A stretch of 64,000 nucleotides of DNA from Neoechinorhynchus agilis (GCA_051530055.1 CM121343.1:5364389-5428388), one strand, 5' to 3'. Numbered from the stretch's first letter, positions 11,417-24,800 are shown. Numbers and translations: made by a program. Notes: a model not told the origin generated them from the letters alone.

Positions 11417-14400
11417 ATGTCAACAGTAAGTAACAGAATACGCAACCGGAGAGGACCTATCGCCGATACTCGGGGTAGTGTCTCATCCCAACAAGAGCGA
11501 ACGGAGGTGACATTGCGGCAAAATGAACGCCAGTATAGGCCCAGTTCGGATGATGATTCCGGTTGTGCCATGGATGAGTACACATGGGTACCGCCAGGAA
11601 TAAAGCTCCCCGAGTTGGTTTATCAGTACTATTCGTACCTACCGGAAAACAAGATACCTTACATCAACTCGATTGGTGAGCGCTACCGAATCAGACAACT
11701 GCTCCTACAAATGCCACCTCATGATACGGAATCGAAGTACTGCCAAAATTTAACCGAACATGAAAAGCGGACGTTTGCAACTTTTGCTCAGCAAAGAAAG
11801 GAAAATGCTCTTGGAAGAGCCGTGGTTAGAGTTATCGACTGTGAAAATATGCCAGCTTGTGAAAAGGTATTTGTGAGAGAAAATGCGTTCGGCACAATGT
11901 TTTTCTGCCTAGTCGCTCATCGTGAAATGCGGTTGCTCTCTTTTTCTCGCAGCATTCCAGTTGAAACCGCCCGGAACTAAACAATCGCTCGAGAGCTCTC
12001 TATGTCACTCACGATGATTAATCTTCTCGCGATAGATTCGTGCTTTCGGGTGATACTAATCGCCATGTCAATATTGCTGCTATGTTAGCGAAAGGTCAGT
12101 TATTTGAGAAAGACAAATGCTGGATGCTGTATTAGATAAGGTGATACGCCGAGGAGAACTCGAGTGTTGTGCCTTCTCTAATGTACGATCTACATCAGTC
12201 TTTCTCAAAAATACATCAAGCTTCATCCGGAGTAATCATATGACATACCGATTAATGTTTTTACGAAAAGTCCAAATATTTTCACTTTGGTTTCATGACA
12301 TATAGCAGTGTCACTCCATTCCCTACTCAATATTTAGTGCGGGATCAATTTTCAAAAGAAATCATTGGCTGTGTGCTGCTCTCGTTTCGAATCCAAGAAT
12401 CAAATATCTTTGCCGGACCCACTTCCACCACCCCCATCTCTCGGTATTCCTACAAAGATTCAAGCATCGCTTAGTGTGGAGTTGATTGGAACCGAAGCCG
12501 ATCTGTCTATCAAGAATTCGACTAATTTCACGAATAATCAAGTGATTGAACCGTCACAAGAGGCGACCTCTTCGATTGCCTCCGCTCGGGGACTTTTCCA
12601 TCCCAATTGCTTTACGTGCAACACATGTGAAGAACTTCTTGTGGATCTCACTTACTTTTACCACTGTGAGCTCGTCTACTGTGGTCGCCATTACTCAGAA
12701 CTGATCAGGCCCCGCTGTTCAGCTTGCGACGAGATTATCTTCGCCGACGAGTGCACTGAAGCAGAGGGGCGTAGTTGGCACATGCATCATTTCGTTTGTA
12801 GCCAATGTGACACTAATCTAGGCGGTGAAAGGTATATCCTACGGGACGGACATCCGTACTGCTGCACTTGTTTCGAAACCCTATTCGCCGAGCTGTGTGA
12901 CACGTGCGGAGACGCGATTGGAGTTGATCAAGGTCAAATGGCCCATGGAGGTCAACACTGGCACGCAACTCCTGAGTGCTTCTGCTGCCAGACCTGCCAA
13001 TCACCCCTCCTGAATCGACCGTTTTTGCCAAAATTTGGTGCTATTTTCTGCTCAAGTGCGTGCGCTCGTTCCTGCAAGTTTGCTCCATCCTCTCAGTACA
13101 ATGAAAGTAGCAAATGCCGTCGGGCCAATATATCGCCGGTATGTTCAACCAAATTGTACGAGGCGGATGCTACCGTAGACATTGAAAGTGATGCCGATGG
13201 AAATGTTGACCAACAATCGCGGACAATAAGCTCCGCCTCTAGCTTGCAAGGCAACTTCCATCATGCGGACGAGGAGGAGGACGAAGATGAAGACGATGCA
13301 ACTTTGGGTGGCAGCGGCGATACGGTCGAAATTAAAGAGAACGAACAGGAAGCTGCAAGTAAGAGCAAAGAAGCGACTCCCTTTTTCTTTAGTATAACTG
13401 AGACTAATGAGAACAATGATGATGATTACAAAGAAGACATGCCACTTGATAGTAATGATAACACAAACCGGCCATCCTCCAAGGTAACAATAAGTGGCGA
13501 GCACTGTACGCATAAAACCTCCGAGGTTAGCGCGAATAGCCACATCGAGCACGAGTCACCCAAAGTGGTAACCAAAAAAGACGCAGCCGTTTCAGCAGAA
13601 GAGAACATCTTGCTGAGAGAGACTTGCGTTGGCCCTAATCCCATGTCCTCGAACGGAGCCTGCAATTGTTGCTACTGCAACTACCACCACCATCATTGTT
13701 GCGTTTGCCACGGGACAGGATGTTCAGGGACACACGATACACGCATGTGCCATCCCGTCCGAGCTGAGACTAATGAGTTATGTATGTCAAATAATCCATC
13801 GTGCCACAATCGGTCATTGGGTCTCACAAACATTCGCGCTAACATTATTGATAAAATGTTTAACGAAGACTCTTCTCTTTCACGCCAGGTTGTCTTTGAA
13901 ACGTCCAGGTCAAGGCATCAATGCAATCAATCTGATAATATTAACAACAGAAGACTAATTACATCTCAATCATTGGCGCCGACCGATGTGATACAAATGC
14001 CAGCGTGGTATGCACCACCACCACAATTACCATCAAAAAAATTTAATAGACGACATCCAAGCGCAAGTCGTCGACAATATGAAAGAGGTGCTGACCGAAT
14101 CGACTTGGATCAATCACCATCATTATCTAGCTCTTGCTCAACTTATCCATCAGATAAAGAAGATGATAGCGATTGCCATCTTCCTTCCCACCGAATAGAT
14201 TTGGTAGTAAGCGATACGAAGCGAAAAAATGGATCTCGTAGATGCAGATCTGTACTAAATCGCAAAAACGCTGGTCACAGCGAGATGCAAATAGCGAGAA
14301 ATTCAAATGTTATATTAAATGAAAAGCACGGAACGTCAAAAAAGAACCAGACAATGAAGAATGATCATCGTTCCACATCGATGTATGGCAATAATGAAAG

Positions 14401-14668
14401 TACCACTCGTAGAGGGGTCCGGATATGTTATGTTGAGAACCCCGGGATGGTACCAAGAGGAACTGATTTACAAAGTCACCCACATAAACTATCGGTTGAC
14501 GAAGGAAATACTGAATGTTTCAGTATTATTGAAGGCGACGATGGGAATAAGACTCTAAATGTTGTTATCAAGCCAAATGTAGCTTATGGAAATCCTAGAA
14601 ATCCAGGATCAGCTCCCTGTGATACAGATGGCAACAGACGAAGGAACAAAAATTGCGCAATCTCTTGA
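11417..14668 (+). CDS. prickle: Prickle-family planar cell polarity protein (PET + 3 LIM + C-terminal CAAX)
   Basis: [19 protein letters not shown] domain, three LIM domains and terminal CAIS. A GT-AG intron at 11867-12337 joins CEK|CGINF to restore LIM1. Confidence 0.93.
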
Positions 14669-16400
14669 AGTCATTTTTTTCGTTCGAACTTATATACATA
14701 TATACTAGTCCCTACTAAAAATGATTGTCAATCATCTAAAAATTAAAAACTATAGAATAAAACGTACTTAAGTTGTCGTATCGCCATATGAAATTATAGA
14801 GCCGCTTGGTCGTTCTATTTTAGGTTTGTTAATGGTCGGTTATCTTCTTGGCCATTACAAAATAACTTTATAAATAAAACGGAAACAAAACAAACCTCTT
14901 TTAAATTCACTTTGGATTTTTGGGTACTTAGCTGCTTTCCCACGTGATGTGTGCTTACCGTCCAATCTCTTGCCGGTTGCTTTCCAACTTTTATTCACGT
15001 TCTTTTGAAATGCTCATATCTTAAGTTTCACTAACAGTTCTGTAAAATTGTTAGATAATCTTTGTTTTTGGAGGGCAATTACAAAAGCTAGCAGAATGCA
15101 GTATTTTCAAATCCTCTAAAGACCTTAAGTTTCATACTCGTTTTCGAACGTTGTTCTGCAATCCTTATGGTGGTCATTCAATCAATCACATGCTGCAAAT
15201 GGTGTTTTTTAGGTAAAGATTAACTTGTGATTGTACCCTTAAATCGATCGGTCATCACACAATAAAGACTGATCACCAGTATGTTTTGGACACCCTAAAC
15301 TCGGCGGATGTTTTTTTCTGCCAATAATTTCCCGGCTCGCTATTTAATCACTGGATGAGCAAGAAATCTCAGCACCGATCAAAAAGGTATGACAAAGATT
15401 ATTTAATTTTGCATTCGGGGTCCCTAAATGATGACCAGAATATTCTGTTTAGCTCAACCCATCGGACACAATCGATGTATACATTGCCAGTTTAATTTTC
15501 TGTTAGGTTATCTATCGTAAGCGCAGTTTACTGCTCTAAACTTAAAGCCGTTATTTTAATTCGATAATTTGCTTTGATGTCTAAAGATGCGTTGAGAGCA
15601 AAATGCACGATTTCCTAGAAATCGTTATTGAAACTCGATATTTGAAATTAATATACAAAGTTTGTCAACCATGTTTGAACGATGATCAGTCTATCGCACA
15701 TAACTCGTCCCGTTTATTAGGTGCGATCTAAGCCATGGCATGAAACCAAGAGCATCATTGTGATTGCTAAGCAGTAGATTAAAACTTATAAAAAGAAAAT
15801 TGATTAGTCAAAAGGAGAATGAGCAAGAGGAAAAACTTTCTCAAGTGTCACCGGACTCCAATCATCGGATGATTGTTCTTGTAAGTACAATTCATCAATT
15901 ACACACTTGTTCATTGTTTCTAAGATCCAATAATTAACTCCTCATTCGCAGCCATTTTTAACCAAAGTATTGGACATTGGTCATAAAGGAGTTTAAATAA
16001 AAAGCCTTTTAAAAATAAGCATTAAACAGCCAACCCAAGAGATGTCGCAATTCTCACATCCTCTTCATCAAGCAAGATTGCGTGAGAATCAAATAAATCT
16101 AAAAGCCGGTCTCAGTAGAGGGAATCATTAAGGTCCTATCGATTTAGCAAAAGTAGCTTCAATGCTTCAGCGCGCAATAATTTGCCTTATTGGTGCCATG
16201 CAGGCAAACGTGAATCTTGCCGTTTGAAACAAAGACGATTTTTGGCATTGTTTATGAATCATAAATCAAAACGTTTAAGAACGGTAATCATCTGTGCATT
16301 TTTACAGGTTCTCTTGTGGGTTGCGTGTGAGTGTGGATGATTCTTTATACTTCCTTCATAATATATTAATCTTAGCCATAATTTCAAACTAATCCATAGT

Positions 16401-18059
16401 TCATAGAAGATACATCTGTCGTTTATCCGGTTCCGCCATGGTCGACTGATACGGATTAATTCTGGAAGTTGCTACAACATTGGCCCTGGAAACACCATTA
16501 TTAGCCCTATAATTAGCATTATCTCCTGGGCGTAGATAAGATAAAGCTTGAATTCCAGTGGCTCTCGGTACATAATTTTGGTAAACAATTGGTGGATACT
16601 TGTAACCAAAGTTCACCCACCAATGCTCAGCAATAGCATCAATTGTAGCTCGTTTTGACGGATCCACACAAAGACATCTTTTAATCAGCATAAATGCACC
16701 TGTTTAAAGTGGATTCTCTTACTGCTTCATTTAATATAATGACATGAACTAACCTGACTTTTCCTTTGGAATGATGAAATAGCCGTTACTTATGTTGTGA
16801 ATTAGTCTATTGTAATCTCCGCCTTGAAATGGCATTGACCCGTACACAAGCGTGTAAAGTAGAACGCCAAGACTCCAACAATCCACCTATTTGCGAATGA
16901 GTATCGATTTATTATGACAACTGGACACCACCTCAGGTCCATAGTATGGAATTCCTTTCACAATTTCTGGTGAGGCATACAACGGACTCCCGCAGAAAGT
17001 GCGAAGTAGTCGAGTAGGTGCCCAATTGTTGCTTAGACCGAAATCAGCAAGCTTAATCGTGCATGGAAATCAAGTTTAAAATAAGCTCAAAACGTTCAAA
17101 CCTTAATGTTTCCTCTGTCGTCTATTAAAATGTTTTCCAGCTTCAAATCACGGTGCACGATGCGATTCTGCTTTGGTTAATATTACGAATCGAATGCGTA
17201 GATCGATACCTTATGAAGAAAATGTACAGCCGACACGATTTGTCGAAATATAGATCGTGCTTCTGGTTCAGGTATACGCTTCATGATGTTCAAATACTCG
17301 TACAATTCGCCTCCACTAGCGTATTCCATCACAAGTATGATTTTTTCTCTGCTTTCATAAACTGAGGGAAAATCGATAATTTAAATATCAAATAAGTAAT
17401 TTTCCCCAAACTCTAAAATTTAAAGTCTCAAATGAATCCTGTGGATCAATGTTGGAATGTTATTGTTTTAAGCACTCTTTAGAGTGATCCACAGAATTCA
17501 CTAGATGACATTGCAGTGTCATGCTAATTTGTTTCAACGGCAATCGCGACTTTCTGGCGAATGACTGGCTGAATTTCCACGAGAAAATTAATCTAAGATT
17601 TAATAATCAAAAAATTGGGAATAGAAATAACGATCCTACGGTCTATACCTTCCTTGATCTTAATAACATGAGGATGGTTAAGGCCGGACATAAAGCGGAT
17701 TTCCCGGAGCATACGCTCAAGGTCGTGCGGGTTTTCAATTCTTGATTTTCTTATGGTCTTGATGGCTACCTAAATTCGTATGCTTTGTGAACTAAAATAA
17801 AGCAATACAATCTTACCTGTTCATTAGTACGTCTATCTCTAGCTAATTTGACTTTTCCGTATGTCCCTTTTCCCAAAGTCCGTAGAAGCTCAAACCGACT
17901 ATGAAGCGTATCGCGATGAGGCTGAGTGTTAGTTTCTCGACCAGAAGGCACTGTTCCCGAACTGGATTGCTGAAGTGAAGCTCCGAGGCTGTTAAGGCTA
18001 CCAGTACTCGACCAACTGGTTAACTTGGCTTGTTGTTTGGTTTTACTTGGACGCTGCAT
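16401..18059 (-). CDS. NUAK: NUAK/ARK5-like AMPK-related Ser/Thr kinase, about 7 exons
   Basis: [49 protein letters not shown] and [10 protein letters not shown], joined by canonical introns. Confidence 0.88.
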
Positions 18060-19832
18060 TCTTAAATCTGTAGTTTTAAGAGGCGAAGATTACACTAATT
18101 TAAAATGTTGCGAAACTATAAGCGACTTATTCATTGTATTCAATTTAGCATTCATGTGTAGATTACAGAGTAATTCCAAGCTTAAATTTAAGATCTTCTC
18201 TTTGTGAAAAGTCTAAGCTTGGAATGGCGGCAGTAAAAATGAGGAATTGAAAAGTGTAAAAATCAGACAGGAGAGAATGACGAACTTTTTCGTCTATTTA
18301 AAAATGACTCCATTTGCGAAGTAGTCTGCCTGTACGCGATGCCATCGGATCGAGTCTCGTGGGCCATAAGGTTGATTTTTATGCTACCATTCCCCGTAAC
18401 ATTAGCGCCACTCAAATAGACGAACATAAGGTAGTGGAGTAATTGTTCTAGGGCAAATGCATGTTTTCACGCATATCTTTGTGCCTTTTAAAAGAAGACA
18501 AGGAAACGCTGGTGTACATTTATAGTACAGTACGGCGATCTACGTCTGGGCAGCGAAGTCCCTTGTCTTTTAGAAGACCGATTGTTGTCGATCAATAAGG
18601 TTAATGGGTCGGAAACAAAACCAATAGTTTTTTGCAGTTTCACATTTCTCTTTATTAACTAAATTCCAATTATAGGGTGCATCAGTGGGCAGCAAATACT
18701 GTCTTTTTAGCCGAAAATATTGTTCAAAACGAAAACATTCACCGAATCTTCCTTTGAATCATCTTCTTACAAGAGCAAAAATATTGAGGACCTAAGAGCA
18801 ATCAGCGGCTAGTTTTTTTTTCGTTGAACGTTTAAATCACACTCATTAATCAGTCTTACACGAAGAGACAATATGGATTTTTGTTTCTGCATTCCCAAAC
18901 CCCAAGACGTGCGTATGGTCCTCAGTGAGTCTAGTACTTAATACGCAATCAAGACATTAGTCCAGGTTAATTGTGAGACGGAAAATCATCGTACACGAGG
19001 AAAGTTGCTGGATACGCAAGTTTAGATGCAAAGAAAAGAAAAATGAGTCAGACATTGCACGGTTTCGTCAAAAGTCTTCAGTCCGTTTATGATTATACCC
19101 TACTTTTGTGCTATTCGAATGGGAAACCGATATTTATGGTCAAAGACAACTTGTTCGAAAAATTGATTGCGATTACGATTAAGTGTGACCAAATGCAGGG
19201 TCGAAACGGTAGAGTTTATAAACTCTTATTTGAAAACGCTTGTGCTCAATCAAACCATTGAATGAGCAAGAGCTTTGTGAATACCCTTGAACCCTAAACG
19301 CGCAGACGAACGTGTACCAATCATCCAATCACGACGTTGACAATTTTAAACACCCACCTTTGCGATCGAAATAATCATCCACAAATATTCAATGCTATGA
19401 CTTTGCGTTCTCGATTACTTTTAAAATTATTCATCGTATCCGTTAAGTACTACTCAAGGTCGCGCTTCATAATACAGCGAAATTCGAGCTAAAAAGTGTA
19501 TCCGTACAAACGCTTTCTCTGCAAAATATTGCATTTTCATTGGTCGAATATAAAAACATTTGTGCTGCCGCGATGGTGCAAGCATTATCATTCGTGGAAA
19601 TGCTCGTTCTAACAACATTTTCTCGAATATGAAATTTGCTTCTTCAACGATTCTAGCTGGATCTATCATCTTTAATTGGAATCTACTCTCCGTCGCAACT
19701 TTTCTACACCCTTATGAAAAAGCAAAATTTCCACCTCTCATCTTAGCTTCTTTTCGGAGTTTTGAAACTTCTGACAGCACTCTTTAACCTGTGTTTTTGA
19801 TGATGAGAGAAGAATAGATATTGATTTATTGT

Positions 19833-19875
19833 TCTCAATATTTCGTCCGTCTCGTCAAACTTCTTCAGGCTTCTT
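19833..19875 (-). ncRNA. Degenerate hammerhead-like motif (Penelope pLTR type)
   Basis: CTGAAGA-A-GTTTG-acgaga-CGGAC-GAAA-TATT. Stem II and a palindromic stem III are plausible, but stem I is only 1 bp. Confidence 0.3.
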
Positions 19876-20378
19876 GTAATTTTTTCTAGATGATAAAAAA
19901 GATTTCTGCGCGATCCTAGTATTTTCGTGACGCTAGAATTTTAAGCACTTTTTTAAATGCATTCTAAGCAACAATGCCACTTTCATTAGTTCAAATGAAA
20001 GTTTTCATTCTCTCGATATCACTCGACTTTTAAATTTGCAAAATCTCGAAAGTGTAACTTAGTCAAGTCATGTATCCGTCTCATTTATCGTTCATCTTTC
20101 AAAATAAAGTTATATTTCCCTCATTAGTTTTCATCAGTTCGGAATGATTTTTTAATCTTTGCGCCGGCACCCAATTTACTCAAAAACCAATTGGATAATC
20201 TTCTACGTTCCTCCTTGAAAAGGGGCATTGTATGTAACGAATGCGCTTATTGTGTGCAAGGGTTAAATTAAAAAGATTATCTTGTAAATTGCCACTTGAT
20301 TTTCCAGCTGCGTGATTGATCAAGTCTTGTTTTTAAATTGACACTTGTGTGAGCTGTTGTAATGATAAAGAAAATCGT

Positions 20379-20960
20379 TATTTTCGAGTTTTCGCCGTTT
20401 TACGGCTTCCTCAGGAATCTACAAAGGCGCGTGAAGTTCTAAAGTGTGTTAAAGTAGCAACATCGAAGTGTGGAAAGTTCGTCTTACTTTTTTGAGCAGT
20501 TCTAGGGCATTGTCGAGCTGGTGTCCAGTACTCTCACTTGCATTGTCCGCAGAAACACCTTCTCCTTCAAACTGCACAAGATAAAAGCAATGCCTCGGTG
20601 ATAGATAGTTTCAGCGGGTCCTTGGCCACAACCCAAACTCGAGTGGAGAGTTTTACTACTTTGTCGCTGTAACACTCTGAGTGGTATTTTTCCCATGGTG
20701 TGGCCATGATTTTGCATCCAGATTCAATGCGTTGCGAACGTGTCCCGTAAGAAGTTGACGCGAAGGCCGTTCATTTTTCCCGATGTGCAAATGGCTGACA
20801 AGATTTGATTCGCACTCAAAGCAACGTGGACTAGGAGATAACCTGCGAACGATGTTTGGCCGCTGACAATCGCGGAGTCATCTACATTTTCAAAACTGAA
20901 CGGCTTTTGCGTCGGCGAAAGCTCGAAAATAAAGATTCTCTTTATCATAACAACAGCCCG
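20379..20960 (-). mobile_element. Degraded Penelope-like element 3' end: GIY-YIG endonuclease remnant followed by a hammerhead motif
   Basis: Frame-broken CFECESNLVSHLHIGKNERPSRQLLTGH and VVAKDPLKLSITEALLL, then downstream TTC-CTGAGGA-A-GCCG-taaaa-CGGC-GAAA-ACTC-GAA at ~20423 down to 20379. Confidence 0.65.
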
Positions 20961-20984
20961 CCCGAGTGCCAATAAAAAATTAAA

Positions 20985-21170
20985 TTCTCAATGGTGAATT
21001 GTTACACACTCGAGCTTTATTATTGAAATCTTCATTGTGAATTTTCAGGGCCTCAGCCTCCTTCTCAGGCATCCATTTTTAGATGCTTGAGAAGGAAACT
21101 GAGGCCTGAAAATTTTAATAATAAAGCTCGAGTGGTTAACAATTCACCATTGAGAATACACATCCACCCG
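20985..21170. mobile_element. Palindromic element 2 with hammerhead-like motifs on both arms and an 11-bp target-site duplication
   Basis: Arms 20984-21073 and 21082-21157 are inverted. AAAAAATTAAA occurs at 20974-20984 and 21171-21181. Homologous to 59816-60013. Confidence 0.8.
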
Positions 21171-21830
21171 AAAAAATTAAACTTGATTAAAAAGATGGGT
21201 TTAGTTACGTTTCCACTCCATAACTTCTATACTTAACTGATCAATGCTTAAAGCTCAATAATTGCAAAGCTCGTTTTAAAGAGTTCAAACTCTATAAAGC
21301 CACTATTTTTCTTTAGGGGTTTCCATCCCAGTACATGCTATTTCCCTCATCCATATGACAAATAGTAAGCGTTGAATCTTAAAACCAGTATAGCCCACCT
21401 TTACTTTGAGAGTTTTATGCGATCAAGCAATATATATGGGAATCCGACGTAACTACAGTACAACTTTGAGAATCCAAAGGTTATGAGGGACCAAAGATGA
21501 ATGGGTCGTTTTGTGCATTTCTAATAAAAGGTGTGATATTATTAAACTTGTAACAGTTCAAGATCAGTAATACATTAAAAGTAATTTTAACTAAAGTGTC
21601 GTATGCAATAGAACTGTCACTAGAAGTATTATTTAGATCTTCACCCGAACTGATTGTGTGTGCATATCAGTACGAAGTTAAACTAGCAACTTCTACTTCT
21701 GCAGCACGCGATTTAGGACGGGAATAAATTTAATCCCAAAAAACTGAAAATTAAAGCTATAACGCTCTTGTGTATACGGATTCACCTTTTATAGGTGATG
21801 ATATTATGGGCAGTATTGCCAATGATGAGG

Positions 21831-24800
21831 TTACCAAAAGGGACACCATCCAATATAGACTTGACACAAGTTTTCACTAGTTACAGCCTCCCTTATGAGT
21901 TTGTCTACTTGTTTTGTATGTGGAAGCTTTGTTGGATTTGAACATGGTGCAGTTATAGACAGGGATCCTTGGCAGTCTGTAGAAAGGCAGCAGCAAAAGT
22001 CGCGCCCACTCAACTTGTCCTTCACTCGGTCCACAATAGCGATTGCCTTGGCATCCAATAGATCGGAGTTGTCGATATCAATCGCGTTTATATCCTCAGT
22101 GGATTGTTTTTGTTGATCTGTATTCGCTTTCATTCCAAAGGGTAATTCCAGTCTCATTTGCATATGTGATACAGTTTGAGGGTTGTTCAAAACATCAGCT
22201 GCTGGACTTTCAGTTAAGGTCTTTTCGATATGCGTAGATACCTTTGTCCCGAATACCAATTTCTTTGGTGTAAGCAATCTCCAGCTTATGACAGGATCGT
22301 AAACAAATGCTTCTAAAACAGCTAAAAGGTTGTCTCGGTGCATCCGAAGCACTCTCATTACTGTTTCACATGTTATCCGAAATGTTCCGTCCAAACCGGT
22401 CACTTCCATAGCTCCAATAAGCATACGAGTCAAACGGAATGGAACAGTCTCTGGAAATTTCTCACGGTTTATAGCCACTTCAAAGCAGTCACCAAAGTCG
22501 ATGTGAACTACCTTCCCAGATGCCCGGTTGATCATAATATTGGAAGGATGGCGGTCTCCGAGCCCCAGAATATAACCAACCATACTCATTACGGCTAACG
22601 AGCGCGTAAAATTTGACCTAAGGAACGCATGGTTCGATATCAAGTAGCAATAACCCGCCATATCGATCAAATGCGTGTTTACGAGCACACCAGTTCTCCG
22701 CCGTCGAACTTCTCTGCCAAAGAATACAAGCCAAATCGTCGGAATTAGTTCGATGTAGGATTTGCTCAAAAATTTCAACCTTTACAATCAAAGGTCGACT
22801 TTCGAAGTCTGGGCAAAAGAGTTGCATCATCTGATGCTCTAGGTTTATGCGGATATTGTTGCCTTCACGATACTCCTTAATCAATGAGTGTAAAGTATCA
22901 CAATGAGGGACCCAACCAATTAATCCGTTATTCGGAGCCAAGGGAATTGTTGAGTAACGGCAGATTGACAAATCATGAATGTGTTGATCTTCGGATGATA
23001 ATAGAATATTGTTGATCAAATGAAACAACTGCATTACTCTTTGATCTTGTCGAATATCCTCATGACCTTTTAGTAAGAATTGATATTCTTCACCATTAGA
23101 TCCGAATATATTAATTTTTCGAGGGCGTTGCTTTGATGCAATTATCTCAACTTTAGGGCTAAACCCACGAATAGAAATAACTTCGCCGTGTGATTGTGCG
23201 ATGCCCGCCAATTTCGGTGCGCCATAAGTAACCGATGATGGATTATATGTCCCTGGCACAGCCAATTCCAAATCTTTACAGTTTAGAAGTTTAGGCGAAA
23301 CGTATTTCAGATCAAGAACTGTAATTTCCCGAACTTGTTGTGTTATCTTTTGAAAAACATTGTAATACAGGTTCCAAGAATCACTTAACTCTTGTTGATC
23401 ATGTGAGACTAAAAAGCGATTATGTTGGATCATCTCAAGTCTTTAAAGAATGAAAATGAGATAACACAATTTAATGAGAGTGTGTGCTCTACAAAGATCA
23501 GGACCATAGATATCTATGAAATTCTTTTCCTTTTTGGTCTCAGCGCCTTTCTCAATCATAACGTGCAAGGGTTCCAAGATATCGAAAAACCCGTGAACAC
23601 TACCTCCATTAAAGTACATTCTGCTTGCTTCATCCAAAGCCTCTTGCCACTGCTCATGCCACAGAACAGATATTCTTATAAGTTCTTGACTTACGAGCAG
23701 CGCTTGCTCCACCAATTCCTTCGAATGTTTACACATATCGCTTAAGACCTCATTTGCAGCTTGACTTCTTGTTGAAATATTTGACTTGGAAGTTACGGCT
23801 AACGGGTAAATGAGTGCCTATAACGTTAATATTACGGACTGAGAACATTGTAATGTATCTAACCTGTGGATGCCTTTTCCCCACCTGTATAAGGATTTTT
23901 TGAACGCTTTCACGTACTTTACTTTTGATACAATCGATCCGTGCAATCAATTGAGGAATTACCTAATTCGCTGATTTCTTAGGTTAAATATAGGAAAAAC
24001 ATACCTGAAGCCAAGCAGTTTCAGAGATCTGCAATTTACGTTCATTTATTTTATCCGCGACGCTATCCTCGTCCCCAAATTTGAACCAAACAGTCAACAG
24101 TCTATTAGTTTTTAACACACACATGAAACAGCAAATTATACGGGTTATTTTTACCTTAGTAAATTCTGAAGTTGATTTTCATTCGAGAGTAGCACGGACT
24201 CAAAGAAGTGGTCGATCGCTTGGGCAGCATATCTGATCATTTGTTTTTTCGACTTTATTATAAGATGATTGGATATCTTAAAAAGTGGCACAAAAGTTAC
24301 CTCTCGTCCATTGACGGTATTATTTTCACTTTGCTTTTTATAATGAATCACGAGATCATAATTAAATGATGCCATGACGGAGTGTGCCTTGTAAGATTGT
24401 CGATCACACTTGATAGAATTCTCGAAATACGTTTTCGCTCTTTCGACGGTTGAATCACACAACCCATGAACTTCGATCAGCCACGAGCCGCATTGCCGGC
24501 TGCAGGAGGACAAGAGGCTTTGCTTTGAACGAGCATTGTTCTCGTTTGAGTTAGAATTGTGTTCATGTTGAAGGTTACGCTGTACTTCACAAGTAAGATA
24601 CTGAGTGAGGTTTTTCATTTCCGTCAAAATTGCTTCTCGTTCAGATATCTTTGCATTATGCCAAGCTTTCTTTAGATAGGCATATGCTGCGAATGGTCGA
24701 TCGAGTGGAATTTCATGTGAGGAATGTGGCTGCTTTCCCAAAAGATGGGCAAATATGTGACTAGCCTGGTTCTAATTGTCGATGGAAATGAAATATCTAT

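Noticed and set aside
11867-12094. Apparent non-canonical junctions giving CEK-CGCSLSGD in Prickle
   Set aside because: A canonical GT-AG intron (11867-12337) gives CEK|[17 protein letters not shown], a better LIM1 match.
12813-14558. Short overlapping or antisense ORFs within Prickle, and similar ones within mTOR, Rad54 and the LINEs
   Set aside because: These are shadows of the real coding frames with no independent motifs.
23190-23240. 45-nt in-frame insertion in mTOR flanked by ATCA repeats
   Set aside because: It is stop-free and in a variable loop, so a simple protein insertion explains it.
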